DNA from: Dehalococcoidia bacterium | GTDB taxonomy: Bacteria; Chloroflexota; Dehalococcoidia; Lucifugimonadales; SHYF01 | NCBI GenBank assembly: GCA_030651175.1 | Contig: JAUSCR010000029.1 | Span: forward strand, 1 to 44,605 | Direction of reading: 5' to 3' | DNA: 44,605 bases | Shown here: positions 16,524 to 28,364 of the stretch, one piece after another | How positions within the stretch are numbered: position 1 is the stretch's first letter | How the letters are laid out: every line of letters begins with the position of its first letter | Made by a program: the position numbers and the translations under genes | The notes under the pieces: model-generated | Told to the model about the DNA's origin: nothing | Seen by the model: the letters and a program-made list of their open reading frames with translations, nothing else | Databases searched by the model: none

Positions 16524-16585
16524 GCTAGTTCAAGTGTGGAGTCAATTATAGAGCATAGCCCATCCGCCTCCAAACTGGTCAGACG

Positions 16586-16614
16586 TTGAAGGTCACTACT
16601 GCATAGCCTATAAT
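16586..16614 (+). promoter_or_regulatory. Candidate sigma70-type promoter of aspS
   Basis: TTGAAG (16586-16591), 17-nt spacer, TATAAT (16609-16614), 28 nt upstream of the GTG start. Confidence 0.55.
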
Positions 16615-16642
16615 CGAAAGACGTTATGGAGGTAACAATCCT

Positions 16643-18436
16643 GTGCTGAAAACCATCGCTTGTGGCGAACTGAGAAGCAACCACGTGGGCAAAACCGTAA
16701 CCCTGGCGGGCTGGGTGCACAAACGCCGCGACCACGGCGGCCTGATATTCATTGACCTGCGCGACAGCCGGGGCCTGGTCCAAGTGGTGTTCAACCCTGA
16801 GCGGTCTCCCCAGGCTCACCAGGTGGCGGAAAACTTCCGCTCCGAGTGGGTGGTGCTGGTGGAAGGAGAGGTGGCCTTGCGACCGGCAGGCACCCTGAAC
16901 CCGCACATGCCCACGGGCGACGTCGAGGTCTACGCCTCGCGCGCCGAGGTGTTGAATCCATCCAAAACGCCCCCATTTGACATATCTGAAGACGGCCAGG
17001 TGGACGAGCTTCTCCGTATGCAATACCGCTACCTGGACCTCAGAACCGCCCGGATGCACGACAACCTGGTCCTGCGTCACCGGGTGGTGAAGTACATCCG
17101 CGACTTCCTGGATGCCCGCGGCTTCATCGAAATCGAAACCCCCATCCTTATCAAGAGCACACCCGAGGGTGCCCGCGACTACCTGGTGCCCAGCCGCATC
17201 TACCCTGGCAGCTTCTACGCCCTTCCACAGTCGCCTCAGCAGCTCAAGCAGCTACTCATGGTGGCGGGTTACGAGAAGTACTTCCAAATAGCCCGCTGCT
17301 TCCGCGACGAAGATCTTAGAGGCGACCGCCAGCCAGAGCATACCCAGCTTGACCTGGAGATGAGCTTTGTGAATGAGGAGGATGTTCTGGGTCTCATCGA
17401 GGAGCTATTCACAGACATCGTGGAGAAGGTTGCCTCCAACCGAAAACTGGTGAAACCTTTCGCACGCCTTCGCTACGACGACGTTATGGCACGCTACGGC
17501 ACCGACAAGCCCGACCTCCGTTTCGGCCTGGAGCTGGCGGACCTGACAGAGGTTGCCAAAGCTACGGAGAGCCACGTATTGCGCCAGGCCGTGGACGGTG
17601 GCGGCATAGTCAAGGGTTTTGCCGCTCCGGGCTGTGGCGGCTACTCGCGGCGCCAGGTTGATGAGCTGACCGCCTTCGCCCAGACCCGGGGAGCGCGCGG
17701 GTTGATAACCATTAGCCTGGAAGGGGAGGGGACTTCCCTGGATAGCTTGGGCATGGACCAGGTGCGCTCCACCTTAGCCAGGTTCCTCACCCTGGAGCAG
17801 GTGAAGCAGATAGCGCAGCGCACTAAAGCCAAGCCAGGCGACCTTATACTCATCGTGGCCGGCCCCGCCAAAGTGGCCAACACTGCCCTCTCGCAGCTCC
17901 GCAATGAAATTGGGCAGCGGCTAAAGCTGACCGACCCCACCCAGATGGTCTTTGCGTTCGTCACCGACTTCCCGCTATTTGCCTGGAACGAAGAGACCAA
18001 AGCGTGGGAGCCTGAGCATCACCTGTTCACCGCCCCCGCCGAGGAGCATTGGCCCCTGCTGGAAACCGATCCTGGCAGCATGAGGGCCAGGCACTACGAC
18101 CTGGTATGCAACGGCATGGAGCTGGCCAGTGGAAGCATCCGGAACCACAATAGAGAGAAGCAGGAGCGCATCATGCGGTTCCTGGGATATACGTCTGAGC
18201 AGATAGAAGATAGGTTCGGCCAGTTGCTGGGCGCTCTGGAGTACGGAGCGCCGCCTCACGGCGGCATCGCGCCAGGCATTGACCGGTTCCTGTATCTCCT
18301 GTCGGACCACGCTGACTCCATCAGGGATGTCATTGCCTTTCCCAAGACCCAGAACGCCGTGGACCCATTGTTCCATACACCTGCCCCGGTCACTCCTGAG
18401 CACCTGCGGGAGTTGCACATTCGCATTGAGGAATAG
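16643..18436 (+). CDS. aspS: Aspartate--tRNA ligase (bacterial type)
   Basis: 597 aa with an N-terminal OB fold (VTLAGWVHKRRDHGGLIFIDLRD), class II motifs (FRDEDLRGDRQPEHTQLDLE, GSIRNH, GGIAPGIDR) and the bacterial GAD insertion domain. Confidence 0.95.
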   Translation: MLKTIACGELRSNHVGKTVTLAGWVHKRRDHGGLIFIDLRDSRGLVQVVFNPERSPQAHQVAENFRSEWVVLVEGEVALRPAGTLNPHMPTGDVEVYASRAEVLNPSKTPPFDISEDGQVDELLRMQYRYLDLRTARMHDNLVLRHRVVKYIRDFLDARGFIEIETPILIKSTPEGARDYLVPSRIYPGSFYALPQSPQQLKQLLMVAGYEKYFQIARCFRDEDLRGDRQPEHTQLDLEMSFVNEEDVLGLIEELFTDIVEKVASNRKLVKPFARLRYDDVMARYGTDKPDLRFGLELADLTEVAKATESHVLRQAVDGGGIVKGFAAPGCGGYSRRQVDELTAFAQTRGARGLITISLEGEGTSLDSLGMDQVRSTLARFLTLEQVKQIAQRTKAKPGDLILIVAGPAKVANTALSQLRNEIGQRLKLTDPTQMVFAFVTDFPLFAWNEETKAWEPEHHLFTAPAEEHWPLLETDPGSMRARHYDLVCNGMELASGSIRNHNREKQERIMRFLGYTSEQIEDRFGQLLGALEYGAPPHGGIAPGIDRFLYLLSDHADSIRDVIAFPKTQNAVDPLFHTPAPVTPEHLRELHIRIEE

Positions 18437-18488
18437 CAGAAACAGGTTATGGTTGCTTGGCAGGAATGTCCAGTCCTCCGACTAGGTG

Positions 18489-18633
18489 GCTGCTGAGAAA
18501 TGGGAGTCCAGATGGGCGAAGCCCCGGAGCTCCGACAGGTCGAGAGTCTCGACGAAGTCGGACCTGCCCTGAACGAAGTGAAGGGGTGGGGGTCTGGGGG
18601 ATGGTCGTAGATGTTTTTCGTCACCCTGACAGG
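18489..18633 (+). repeat. Family-A composite repeat, copy 5 (rearranged: extra modules inserted after H1; H3 missing)
   Basis: GCTGCTGAGAAATGGGAGTCCAGATGGGCGAAGCCCC, then [GGAGCTCCGACAGGTCGAGAGTCTCGACGAAGTCGGACCTGCCCTGAACGAAGTGAAGG], then GGTGGGGGTCTGGGGGATGGTCGTAGATGTTTTTCGTCACCCTGA. Confidence 0.8.
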
Positions 18634-18659
18634 ATGGTTACTCCAACCTGCATGCGTCA

Positions 18660-18668
18660 TGCTATAAT
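18660..18668 (+). promoter_or_regulatory. Candidate extended -10 promoter element upstream of tig
   Basis: TGCTATAAT (TGn plus TATAAT) at 18660-18668. No good -35 element is seen. Confidence 0.35.
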
Positions 18669-18755
18669 TTCATTTTGAGAACAGCGGCGGGCACAATAGC
18701 CTCCGCCTGCAAGAACGGCACCCCTGGTGCCACTTTTCGTTGAGTGGAGCGTTAG

Positions 18756-20120
18756 TTGAAGATTACAAGAGAAGACCTTCCCCAGCGTGAAGTCCTGCTG
18801 AATATCGAGGTAGAAGCGGATGACCTGGTCCCCTATATGGACCGTGCCTACCAGCGGGTGGTGCAGCGGGTCAACATCCCAGGGTTCCGCAAGGGCAAGG
18901 CCCCGCGGGCCGTGCTAGAACGGTTCGTGGGCCATGAAGCCCTTCTGGATGAGGCGGTGGACTTCCTGGTTCCAGAGCTGGTGGAGCGGGCCGTCAAGCA
19001 GGAGCAAATAGAGCAGGGTGGCATCCCCAGCGTTGAGGTGGTGCAGAAAGACCCGGTTACACTCAAGGCCACCGTTCCCCTGGCTCCCAAGGTGTTGCTG
19101 GACGCCTACCGCGACATTCGGGTCGAGCCGGAGGCCGTGGAGGTGGCGGAGCAAGAGGTGGAGACGACCCTCCAGCGGCTACGCTCGGAGCTAGCCCCCT
19201 GGGAACCAGTTGAGCGCCCCGTAGCCGAGGGCGACCAGGCAACCCTGGACGTGCGGGCGCTGGTGGGCAAGAGGGAGGTGGCCAACCAGAAGGGTGTGGT
19301 CTACTCGGTCGCTCTGGACAATCCCAACCCCGTACTCGGCTTTGCCCAGGCGCTAATAGGAGCGCAGGCGGAGGAACGCAAGGAGTTTACCCTCCCTGTT
19401 CCGGATAACTACGTGGACCGCAGGCTGGCTGGCGGCGAGTGCCTGTTTCAGGTCGCCGTTCACCAGGTGAAGGAGAAGCGCCTTCCAGACCTGAATGACG
19501 AGTTCGCCAAGGGCGTTGGCGAAGGTTTCGACACCCTGGAAGCGCTGAAGCAACAAGTACGCACCGATATACTTGCCCAGAAGGAGCGAGATGTCCGGCT
19601 CAGGTATCAGGAGAAGGTGGTCGAGGAGTTAGTGGCCAGGACCAATGTGGAGCTATCTCCCATGCTGGTCGAACACGAGGCCGCCCATCTCCTGTCGGAC
19701 GAACAGGAAGCGTTGAAACGCCAGCAGGTCAGCGTGGAAGATTACCTCCGAACAGCGGGCAGGAGCGAGGAGCAACATGTGGAGGAGGCCCGCGCCGCAG
19801 CCACACAAAGGTTGACCCGCTCCTACGCTCTGCTCAAGGTGGCTGAGCTGGAGGGGTTGAGCGCCGCGCCTGAGGAGGTAGAGAAAGACCTCAACTCCCT
19901 GCTGGAAAGCGCGGGGCCCCAGGCCAGCGCATTGCGCCGGAGTTTGGATACCGTAGAGGGCCGTGCATCCATGACGCGGGGGGTTCTCAATCGCAAGGTG
20001 ATGGACAGGCTTGTGCAGATTGCCAGGGGGGAAAACCCTGGCTCAGGGGAGGCCGCCCCTCAAGAGGCGGCGCAAGATGAAAGTTCAGGAGGGACGCAAG
20101 ATGCTGGAACTGCCGGATAG
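18756..20120 (+). CDS. tig: Trigger factor (ribosome-associated chaperone / PPIase)
   Basis: 454 aa. N-terminal ribosome-binding motif [18 protein letters not shown], followed by PPIase-like and C-terminal arm regions. Located upstream of clpP-clpX, as in many bacteria. Confidence 0.9.
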   Translation: MKITREDLPQREVLLNIEVEADDLVPYMDRAYQRVVQRVNIPGFRKGKAPRAVLERFVGHEALLDEAVDFLVPELVERAVKQEQIEQGGIPSVEVVQKDPVTLKATVPLAPKVLLDAYRDIRVEPEAVEVAEQEVETTLQRLRSELAPWEPVERPVAEGDQATLDVRALVGKREVANQKGVVYSVALDNPNPVLGFAQALIGAQAEERKEFTLPVPDNYVDRRLAGGECLFQVAVHQVKEKRLPDLNDEFAKGVGEGFDTLEALKQQVRTDILAQKERDVRLRYQEKVVEELVARTNVELSPMLVEHEAAHLLSDEQEALKRQQVSVEDYLRTAGRSEEQHVEEARAAATQRLTRSYALLKVAELEGLSAAPEEVEKDLNSLLESAGPQASALRRSLDTVEGRASMTRGVLNRKVMDRLVQIARGENPGSGEAAPQEAAQDESSGGTQDAGTAG

Positions 20121-20733
20121 GTTCAAGAACATCATTCCAATGGTCGTTGAAAGCTCATCGCGAGGCGAGCGTGCCTTTGACATATACTCCTTGCTTCTCA
20201 GGGAGCGCATCGTGTTCCTGGGCACCGCCATTACCGATCCCGTGGCCAACCTGGTTATGGCACAGCTACTCTACCTGGAGCGGGAGGACCCGGAGAAGGA
20301 CATCAACCTGTATGTCAACAGCCCAGGAGGCGTCATCAGCTCCGGCCTGGCTATCTACGACACCATGCAACTGATTCGCCCCAACGTCTCCACCATCTGC
20401 GTGGGCATGGCTGCCAGCATGGCCACTGTGCTGCTGTCCGCCGGCGCCAGGGGCAAACGGTACGCATTGCCCAACGCCACCGTACACATGCACCAGCCCA
20501 TGGGCGGTGCTCAGGGCCAGGCTGCGGACATAGAGATCGCAGCCCGCGAGATACTAAGGCTCCAGGACAGAATCCGCACCATACTGTCCGAACATACAGG
20601 CCAGCCGTACGAGAAGATCGCCCGCGACAGCGACCGTGACTACTACCTGAATGCGGAGCAGGCCAAAGAGTATGGCCTTGTGGACGAAATCTTGACTAGC
20701 AAACAGGTTCCGGCGGAGATCAAGGGGACATAG
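20101..20733 (+). CDS. clpP: ATP-dependent Clp protease proteolytic subunit
   Basis: [30 protein letters not shown], catalytic GMAASMA (Ser) and HMHQP (His). ATG 20101 is preceded by AGGAGGGA. The 20011 start in the ORF track would run inside tig. Confidence 0.9.
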   Translation: MLELPDRFKNIIPMVVESSSRGERAFDIYSLLLRERIVFLGTAITDPVANLVMAQLLYLEREDPEKDINLYVNSPGGVISSGLAIYDTMQLIRPNVSTICVGMAASMATVLLSAGARGKRYALPNATVHMHQPMGGAQGQAADIEIAAREILRLQDRIRTILSEHTGQPYEKIARDSDRDYYLNAEQAKEYGLVDEILTSKQVPAEIKGT

Positions 20734-20861
20734 CTAGAGGGTGGTTTCAAGAATCGCCTTACGCACGGGTGGGGAACATGCTAACAGCGAGAGCCTGGCC
20801 TGATTACACCGAAGGAGTTCATGTCTGGCGTCTAAGGGGGTATTCTGGCTTTGCACAAGAA

Positions 20862-20997
20862 TCCAGGAGGATACAAGGAACCAAGGTTCCTTGTCGGGGG
20901 TTTGGGGGTGTCCCCCAAGAACCTCTTCTTCCCCCCTCTCCCTTGCCAAGGGAGAGAGGGGGACTGAGGGGGTAAGGGTTGGGGGGTGGGGTAGCAC
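20862..20997 (+). repeat. Family-A composite repeat, copy 6 (variant subfamily with different H1 and H3 stems)
   Basis: H1' CAAGGAACCAAGGTTCCTTG; H2 TTGGGGGTGTCCCCCAA; H3' CCCCTCTCCCTTGCCAAGGGAGAGAGGGG. Module order and spacing match the canonical copies. Confidence 0.75.
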
Positions 20998-21083
20998 CCC
21001 GCGGCATCGAGCGCGGGCTGTCAACAGACCCGAGTAGCTTCTGGGAGGCTGATGCAGTGAACACTCTGGGCAAAGGTGGCCGG

Positions 21084-22364
21084 ATGGACATCCACTGCTC
21101 CTTCTGTGGCAAGGCACAGGCGCAGGTAAAGCAGCTCATCGCCGGGCAGAACAAGGCTTTCATATGCGATGAGTGCATAGCCCTCTGCCAGCAGATCGTC
21201 GCCGATCAGGCAGAAGCCAGGCCCGTGCCCGCATCGGCTGCCAAGCCCGCCCGTCTGCCAGTACCCAGAGAAGTCAACCGCTTGCTGGGTGAGTACGTCA
21301 TCGGCCAAGAGCGGGCCAAGAAAACACTCAGCGTGGCCGTGTACAACCACTACAAGCGGATAACCCAGACCGGCCACTCCGCCGACGTAGAGGTACAAAA
21401 AAGCAACGTGCTCCTCATTGGCCCCACAGGGTCCGGGAAAACCCTCCTGGCCCAAACCCTCGCCCGCATCCTGGACGTGCCGTTCTGCATCTCCGACGCC
21501 ACCTCCCTGACAGAGGCGGGGTACGTCGGCGAAGATGTGGAGAACATTCTCCTCCGTCTCATCCAGGCTGCCGACTACGACATCCCCAGGGCGGAGCGGG
21601 GCATAATCTACCTGGACGAGATCGACAAGATAGCCCGCAAGGGTCCCAACCCTTCCATCACCCGGGATGTATCAGGCGAAGGCGTGCAGCAGGGCCTGCT
21701 CAAGATCATTGAGGGCACCATAGCCAACGTGCCGCCTCAGGGAGGCCGGAAGCACCCCCAGCAGGAGTTCATCAAAATCCAGACGGAAGGCATACTCTTT
21801 ATCTGTGGCGGAAGCTTTGAAGGGTTGGACAAGATCATTGAGAAGCGCGTCTCCTGGGGCAAGCGCTCCCTGGGATTCCGTGCCCAAGGGTCTGAAGAGC
21901 AGGAGGATGACGTTGCAGAGGTCCTGAAGTTAGTCTCCACAGACGACCTCCTTCAGTACGGGTTCATTCCAGAGCTGATAGGACGCCTTCCCGTAATGGT
22001 GACCCTGGAACCGCTAGACAAGGCGGCGCTGGTCCAGGTGCTCACGGAGCCAAAGAACGCCCTGGTCAAGCAGTACCGGCACCTGCTCAGCCTGGACGGC
22101 GTGGCCCTAGAGTTCACCCCCGCCGGCCTGGACGCCGTGGCGGAGGAGGCGCTCAAGCGCAAGACCGGCGCCAGGGCGTTGCGCACCATCATTGAAGAGA
22201 CACTCCTGGATGTCATGTTCGAGCTGCCATCACTCCAGGGCGTTGAGCGGTGCGTCATAGATGCGGATACCATCCGTGAAAAGAAGCGGCCCACCCTGCT
22301 CACCGCATCCGGCCAGCCGCTGGAAGACTGGTCAGCCTCCCAGCAAAAACGGGAGGTCGCGTAA
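21084..22364 (+). CDS. clpX: ATP-dependent Clp protease ATP-binding subunit ClpX
   Basis: Zinc finger [31 protein letters not shown], Walker [16 protein letters not shown], Walker [10 protein letters not shown] and a sensor region. ATG 21084 is preferred. The upstream extension from 20979 is repeat read-through. Confidence 0.95.
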   Translation: MDIHCSFCGKAQAQVKQLIAGQNKAFICDECIALCQQIVADQAEARPVPASAAKPARLPVPREVNRLLGEYVIGQERAKKTLSVAVYNHYKRITQTGHSADVEVQKSNVLLIGPTGSGKTLLAQTLARILDVPFCISDATSLTEAGYVGEDVENILLRLIQAADYDIPRAERGIIYLDEIDKIARKGPNPSITRDVSGEGVQQGLLKIIEGTIANVPPQGGRKHPQQEFIKIQTEGILFICGGSFEGLDKIIEKRVSWGKRSLGFRAQGSEEQEDDVAEVLKLVSTDDLLQYGFIPELIGRLPVMVTLEPLDKAALVQVLTEPKNALVKQYRHLLSLDGVALEFTPAGLDAVAEEALKRKTGARALRTIIEETLLDVMFELPSLQGVERCVIDADTIREKKRPTLLTASGQPLEDWSASQQKREVA

Positions 22365-22415
22365 GGGCGGCTGGTGTGCCAGGGACATCCTGGACTCCCT
22401 CAGAATGACATAAAA

Positions 22416-22453
22416 AGAGGAAGGCCCCTGGAAATTTCCAGGGGCCTTCCTCT
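22416..22453. terminator. Strong GC-rich hairpin; bidirectional terminator candidate between clpX (+) and the tRNA (-)
   Basis: AGAGGAAGGCCCCTGG AAATTT CCAGGGGCCTTCCTCT: a 16-bp perfect stem flanked by an A-run on the 5' side. Confidence 0.7.
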
Positions 22454-22462
22454 GTGCAATCC

Positions 22463-22537
22463 TGGTAGCGGGGGCAGGACTCGAACCTGCGACCTTCGGG
22501 TTATGAGCCCGACGAGCTGCCACTGCTCCACCCCGCG
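22463..22537 (-). tRNA. Initiator tRNA-fMet (anticodon CAT), CCA encoded
   Basis: The reverse complement CGCGGGGTGGAGCAGTGGCAGCTCGTCGGGCTCATAACCCGAAGGTCGCAGGTTCGAGTCCTGCCCCCGCTACCA is 75 nt. It has an unpaired 1:72 position (C-U) and three consecutive G:C pairs closing the anticodon stem. It is nearly identical in the 5' half to E. coli tRNA-fMet. Confidence 0.9.
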
Positions 22538-22548
22538 ATGATGAGATG

Positions 22549-22670
22549 GCCCTCATCCCCCTGCCCTCTTCTCCATGCGGAGAAGGGAGAGAGAACGGAT
22601 CTGGGGGATACCCCCAGACCCCCACCAGAATCCCGACCAGTCGGGACTCTGGACTCCCCCAGGGAGGAGG
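22549..22670 (-). repeat. Family-A composite repeat, copy 7 (reverse orientation, variant stems)
   Basis: The plus strand reads H3'' CCCTCTTCTCCATGCGGAGAAGGGA, H2 CTGGGGGATACCCCCAG, H1'' AGAATCCCGACCAGTCGGGACTCT, then GGACTCCC (reverse complement of the head GGGAGTCC). Lies between the 23S trailer and the tRNA-fMet. Confidence 0.75.
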
Positions 22671-22671
22671 T

Positions 22672-22728
22672 TTCACGCTATTACAAGGGAACATTTGGGA
22701 ACTGCAATGTTCTGTACGAGACTTAATG
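22672..22728 (-). other. 23S rRNA 3' trailer half of the processing stalk
   Basis: The reverse complement of 22672-22728 (CACATTAAGTCTCGTACAGAACATTGCAGTTCCCAAATGTTCCCTTGT...) matches plus-strand 25747-25806 almost base for base. Most differences would be G-U pairs in the RNA. Confidence 0.75.
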
Positions 22729-25746
<3,018 letters not shown>

Positions 25747-25806
25747 ACACTAAGGCTCGGACAGAACCTTGCACTATTTCCCCAAATATTCCCTTGTTAA
25801 AGTACA
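25747..25806 (-). other. 23S rRNA 5' leader half of the processing stalk
   Basis: Complementary to 22672-22728 (see that feature). The helix encloses only the 23S gene. Confidence 0.75.
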
Positions 25807-25916
25807 AGAAGCGGCGGCCAGGTTTCCCAGGCCGCCGCCTTGGATATCACTGGCCGATGCTCCTACGTTCAGGTCTGGAAGCTCACCAAAGACACTCTCC
25901 TTTAACCTGCCTTGGT

Positions 25917-25946
25917 ACTATACCAAGCCAGCACACCCCTAGTCAA
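25917..25946 (-). promoter_or_regulatory. Candidate sigma70-type promoter for the 23S rRNA - tRNA-fMet unit
   Basis: The minus strand reads TTGACT (25946-25941), 18-nt spacer, TATAGT (25922-25917), about 170 nt upstream of the mature 23S 5' end. Confidence 0.5.
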
Positions 25947-26032
25947 GGGGGTATACCCACCAATCATCCGTCCCGTTTGCGTCGCATGGGCGGGGACGAA
26001 TGACGTTGAGTATGCCCCGCTCCTCCATGCCC

Positions 26033-26061
26033 TTGACCCTCCGCTGTCGCCTCCATATAAT
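26033..26061 (+). promoter_or_regulatory. Near-consensus sigma70-type promoter for the comD/comE-like genes
   Basis: TTGACC (26033-26038), 17-nt spacer, TATAAT (26056-26061), about 90 nt upstream of ATG 26155. Divergent from the rRNA promoter. Confidence 0.6.
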
Positions 26062-26154
26062 GCGCTCTGACGGCCCGGTATTCGAGCCCAGGGCATTGCC
26101 TACCCTTGATTGGAGGCCAACCCCTGGGAATAGGGAAGCGTAACAGGAGGGCAT

Positions 26155-26706
26155 ATGACCTCTCAGCAAGCAATCCTCAGTCCCGCAGCGATGATCCAAG
26201 AGTTCAAGAAGAACGGCGTCACCCACGTGGTATGCCTGCCCGACAGCGAAACCAACTATCTGTACGAGATGATGGAGGCCGATCCTAGCCTGGACATTGT
26301 GCCTGTGGCCCGGGAGGGCGAGACTATGGCCATAGCCGCTGGCCTCCTCGTGGGAGGCAAGCTTCCCGTCTGCCTCATCCAGAACACCGGCATGCTTGAG
26401 TCCGGCGACTCCATACGGGGGCTGGCGCTGGACCTAAACCTTCCTATGGTGCTAATAATCGGCTACCGAGGCTGGACTCGCCACGGTGTCACCCCTGACT
26501 CTGCGGCACGCTTCACGGAGCCATTCTTGCAGGCTTTGAACATAAACTACTACCTGGTGGAAACCGACGAAGATGCGCCTCGCATCTCCACCGCCTTCCA
26601 GGAAGCCAAGGCCAACAACCGCCCAGTGGCAGTGCTCATAGGCGATGAGTACCACGGGTTTAACCGGCCAACTGAGTGGCCGGCTAGACCCAAAGGAAGA
26701 GGCTAG
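26155..26706 (+). CDS. Sulfopyruvate/phosphonopyruvate decarboxylase alpha-subunit-like protein (TPP enzyme N-terminal pyrimidine-binding domain)
   Basis: 183 aa. GVTHVVCLPDSETNYLYE...VPVAREGETMAIAAGLLVGGKLPVCLIQNTGMLESGD is typical of ComD / Ppd N-terminal halves. AGGAGG RBS. Confidence 0.75.
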   Translation: MTSQQAILSPAAMIQEFKKNGVTHVVCLPDSETNYLYEMMEADPSLDIVPVAREGETMAIAAGLLVGGKLPVCLIQNTGMLESGDSIRGLALDLNLPMVLIIGYRGWTRHGVTPDSAARFTEPFLQALNINYYLVETDEDAPRISTAFQEAKANNRPVAVLIGDEYHGFNRPTEWPARPKGRG

Positions 26707-26841
26707 CCCAATCGCACACCCGTAGAAAAAGTTTTGTCGCTCCAGGCGGGAGGTGGAAGCGACAGGAGGAGCGGGCCTACACGTAGTATTACCCTTTGCC
26801 ACCACCAAGCGGATAGCGTCAAGTCAAGAGGAGGTTGAACC

Positions 26842-27423
26842 ATGATAAACCAGCGAGACATGATGGCAGTCCTGAACAAGCACCGCGGCAATGCCGTAGT
26901 GATCCCTACCATGAGCGCCGGCGCAGCGTGGCTGGATTCTAGCCACCTACCGGCACGTGATGTAGCCATTAGCGGAGCCATGGGAAAGGCCTCCTCTTTC
27001 GCCTTGGGAGTGGCCTTGTCCAGGCCCGACCTCAAGGTCATCATAATGGACGGCGATGGCAGCCTGGAAATGAACCTGGGATCCATGGCCACCATTGCTG
27101 GGAAGCATCCTGAGAACTTCTACCATTTCGTCCTGGAGAACGGCGTGTACGCCATTACTGGGGGCCAGCCTATTCCTGCCTCAGGCACAATTTCCTTCTC
27201 TAAGATAGCCCTGGGTGCGGGATACGCTGCGGCCTACGAGTTCGACGAGTTGGAGGATTTCAGCCTGCGCATCGGGGACATCCTGAAGCAGAAAGGCCCC
27301 GTCTTCGTGACCGTCAAGGTCGTGCCAGAAATCCAGAACGAGCCCATAGGTCGCAGGCCCAGGGGCACTGGCCGCACCATCCAAGTGGCCATGCGCGATC
27401 TGCATGAGTCCCTGAAATCGTGA
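26842..27423 (+). CDS. Sulfopyruvate/phosphonopyruvate decarboxylase beta-subunit-like protein, copy 1 (TPP diphosphate-binding domain)
   Basis: 193 aa with GAMGKASSFALGVAL...VIIMDGDGSLEMNLGSMATIA (the GDG-x(24-27)-N TPP motif region). GAGGAGG RBS. Confidence 0.75.
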   Translation: MINQRDMMAVLNKHRGNAVVIPTMSAGAAWLDSSHLPARDVAISGAMGKASSFALGVALSRPDLKVIIMDGDGSLEMNLGSMATIAGKHPENFYHFVLENGVYAITGGQPIPASGTISFSKIALGAGYAAAYEFDELEDFSLRIGDILKQKGPVFVTVKVVPEIQNEPIGRRPRGTGRTIQVAMRDLHESLKS

Positions 27424-27474
27424 TACCCAGCCCCATAGGTTCGCCGCCAGAGATTTCCGAATCGCCTCTTGCAG

Positions 27475-27658
27475 GTTGCGGAAAAGGGAAGTCCAGAGGG
27501 GCGAAGCCCCGGAGCCTGCCCTGAGCAAAGCCGAATGGGTGGGGGTCCGGGGGTATCCCCCAGATATAACTTTTGCCCCCTTCCTGGCCAGGCCTGTCCT
27601 GAGTAGGCCGAAGGAACTGGGCCAGGGGGATGGTCGAAAGAGTTCTTCATCACCCTGC
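27475..27658 (+). repeat. Family-A composite repeat, copy 8 (with two extra CCTG(Y)CCTGAG...GCCGAAGG modules)
   Basis: Head and H1, then [GGAGCCTGCCCTGAGCAAAGCCGAATGGG], H2 CCGGGGGTATCCCCCAG, H3 left arm CCCCCTTCCTGGCCAGG, [CCTGTCCTGAGTAGGCCGAAGG], then the tail GGGGGATGGTCGAAAGAGTTCTTCATCACCCTG. Confidence 0.85.
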
Positions 27659-27669
27659 TAAGGATAACT

Positions 27670-28233
27670 ATGATTCCATCGCTGGAAGCAGTCAAAGCCA
27701 TTCATGCCCACCGCCAGAAGGCCCTGGTGGTGGCCACCATGACCGCCCGCGAGGAGTGGGACGCCATTTCCCAGGACCGCTCGCTGGACTTCCCGCTGTT
27801 TGGCTGCATGGGCAAGGCCTCCTCCTTTGGACTGGGCCTTGCGCTGGCGCAGCCAAAGCGGAAGGTGCTGGTGATAGACGGCGACGGCAGCCTGCTGATG
27901 AACCTGGGTTCGCTGGCAACGGTGGCCAACAAAGCGCCGGCCAACTACTACCACTTTGTCTTTGAAGACGGCGTATACACCACCACGGGTGGCCAGCCCA
28001 TACCGGCGGCAGGCAAGGTATCCTTTGCCGGCATGGCCCGGGCCGCTGGGTACGCCGCAGCCTACGAGTTCGATAATCTAGAGGAACTGGTGACCGAGGT
28101 AGGACGCATCCTTCAGCAACAAGGCCCCGTGTTGGTCTGCCTGAAGGTGCGCCACGGGGAGATACCCAAGTCTGCGCCTCGCACCATCCAGCAAGCGGTC
28201 AAGGAGCTGCGAGATCTGCTGGCGAGAGCGTGA
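27670..28233 (+). CDS. Sulfopyruvate/phosphonopyruvate decarboxylase beta-subunit-like protein, copy 2 (tandem paralogue)
   Basis: 187 aa with GCMGKASSFGLGLAL...VLVIDGDGSLLMNLGSLATVA...GYAAAYEF. Roughly half the residues are identical to the 26842-27423 product over the full length. Confidence 0.75.
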   Translation: MIPSLEAVKAIHAHRQKALVVATMTAREEWDAISQDRSLDFPLFGCMGKASSFGLGLALAQPKRKVLVIDGDGSLLMNLGSLATVANKAPANYYHFVFEDGVYTTTGGQPIPAAGKVSFAGMARAAGYAAAYEFDNLEELVTEVGRILQQQGPVLVCLKVRHGEIPKSAPRTIQQAVKELRDLLARA

Positions 28234-28364
28234 CGGGGCCGCTAGCTTAGCGATGAACAGGCATCAGCTTTGTAAGAGCCGCACGGGTAGGACTGCGAGT
28301 TCATAGGCCCCGCAATGGTTCATCCGTGGAATCTCAAGATACGCGTATCAGATGCCACCCCGCC

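Noticed and set aside
20011-21083. Long N-terminal extensions of clpP (from 20011) and clpX (from 20979), and of the J-domain protein (to 13105), htrA (to 29444) and vapB (from 35825), as listed in the ORF track.
   Set aside because: The extensions run through the preceding gene or through repeat elements and lack RBSs. Internal starts with good Shine-Dalgarno sequences give N-termini matching the respective families.
22538-22728. Search for a 5S rRNA gene downstream of the 23S.
   Set aside because: The interval is fully accounted for by the processing-stalk trailer and a family-A repeat. No 5S-like conserved segments (for example CCGAACTCAGAAGTGAAAC) are present.
26062-26154. The 5' leader of the comD-like gene vaguely resembles a TPP (THI-box) riboswitch (ACCCTTGA ... 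TAGGGAAG).
   Set aside because: The diagnostic CUGAGA and ACCUGAUCUGG...CCAGCG elements are missing. The downstream genes are TPP-using enzymes, not thiamine biosynthesis or transport genes.
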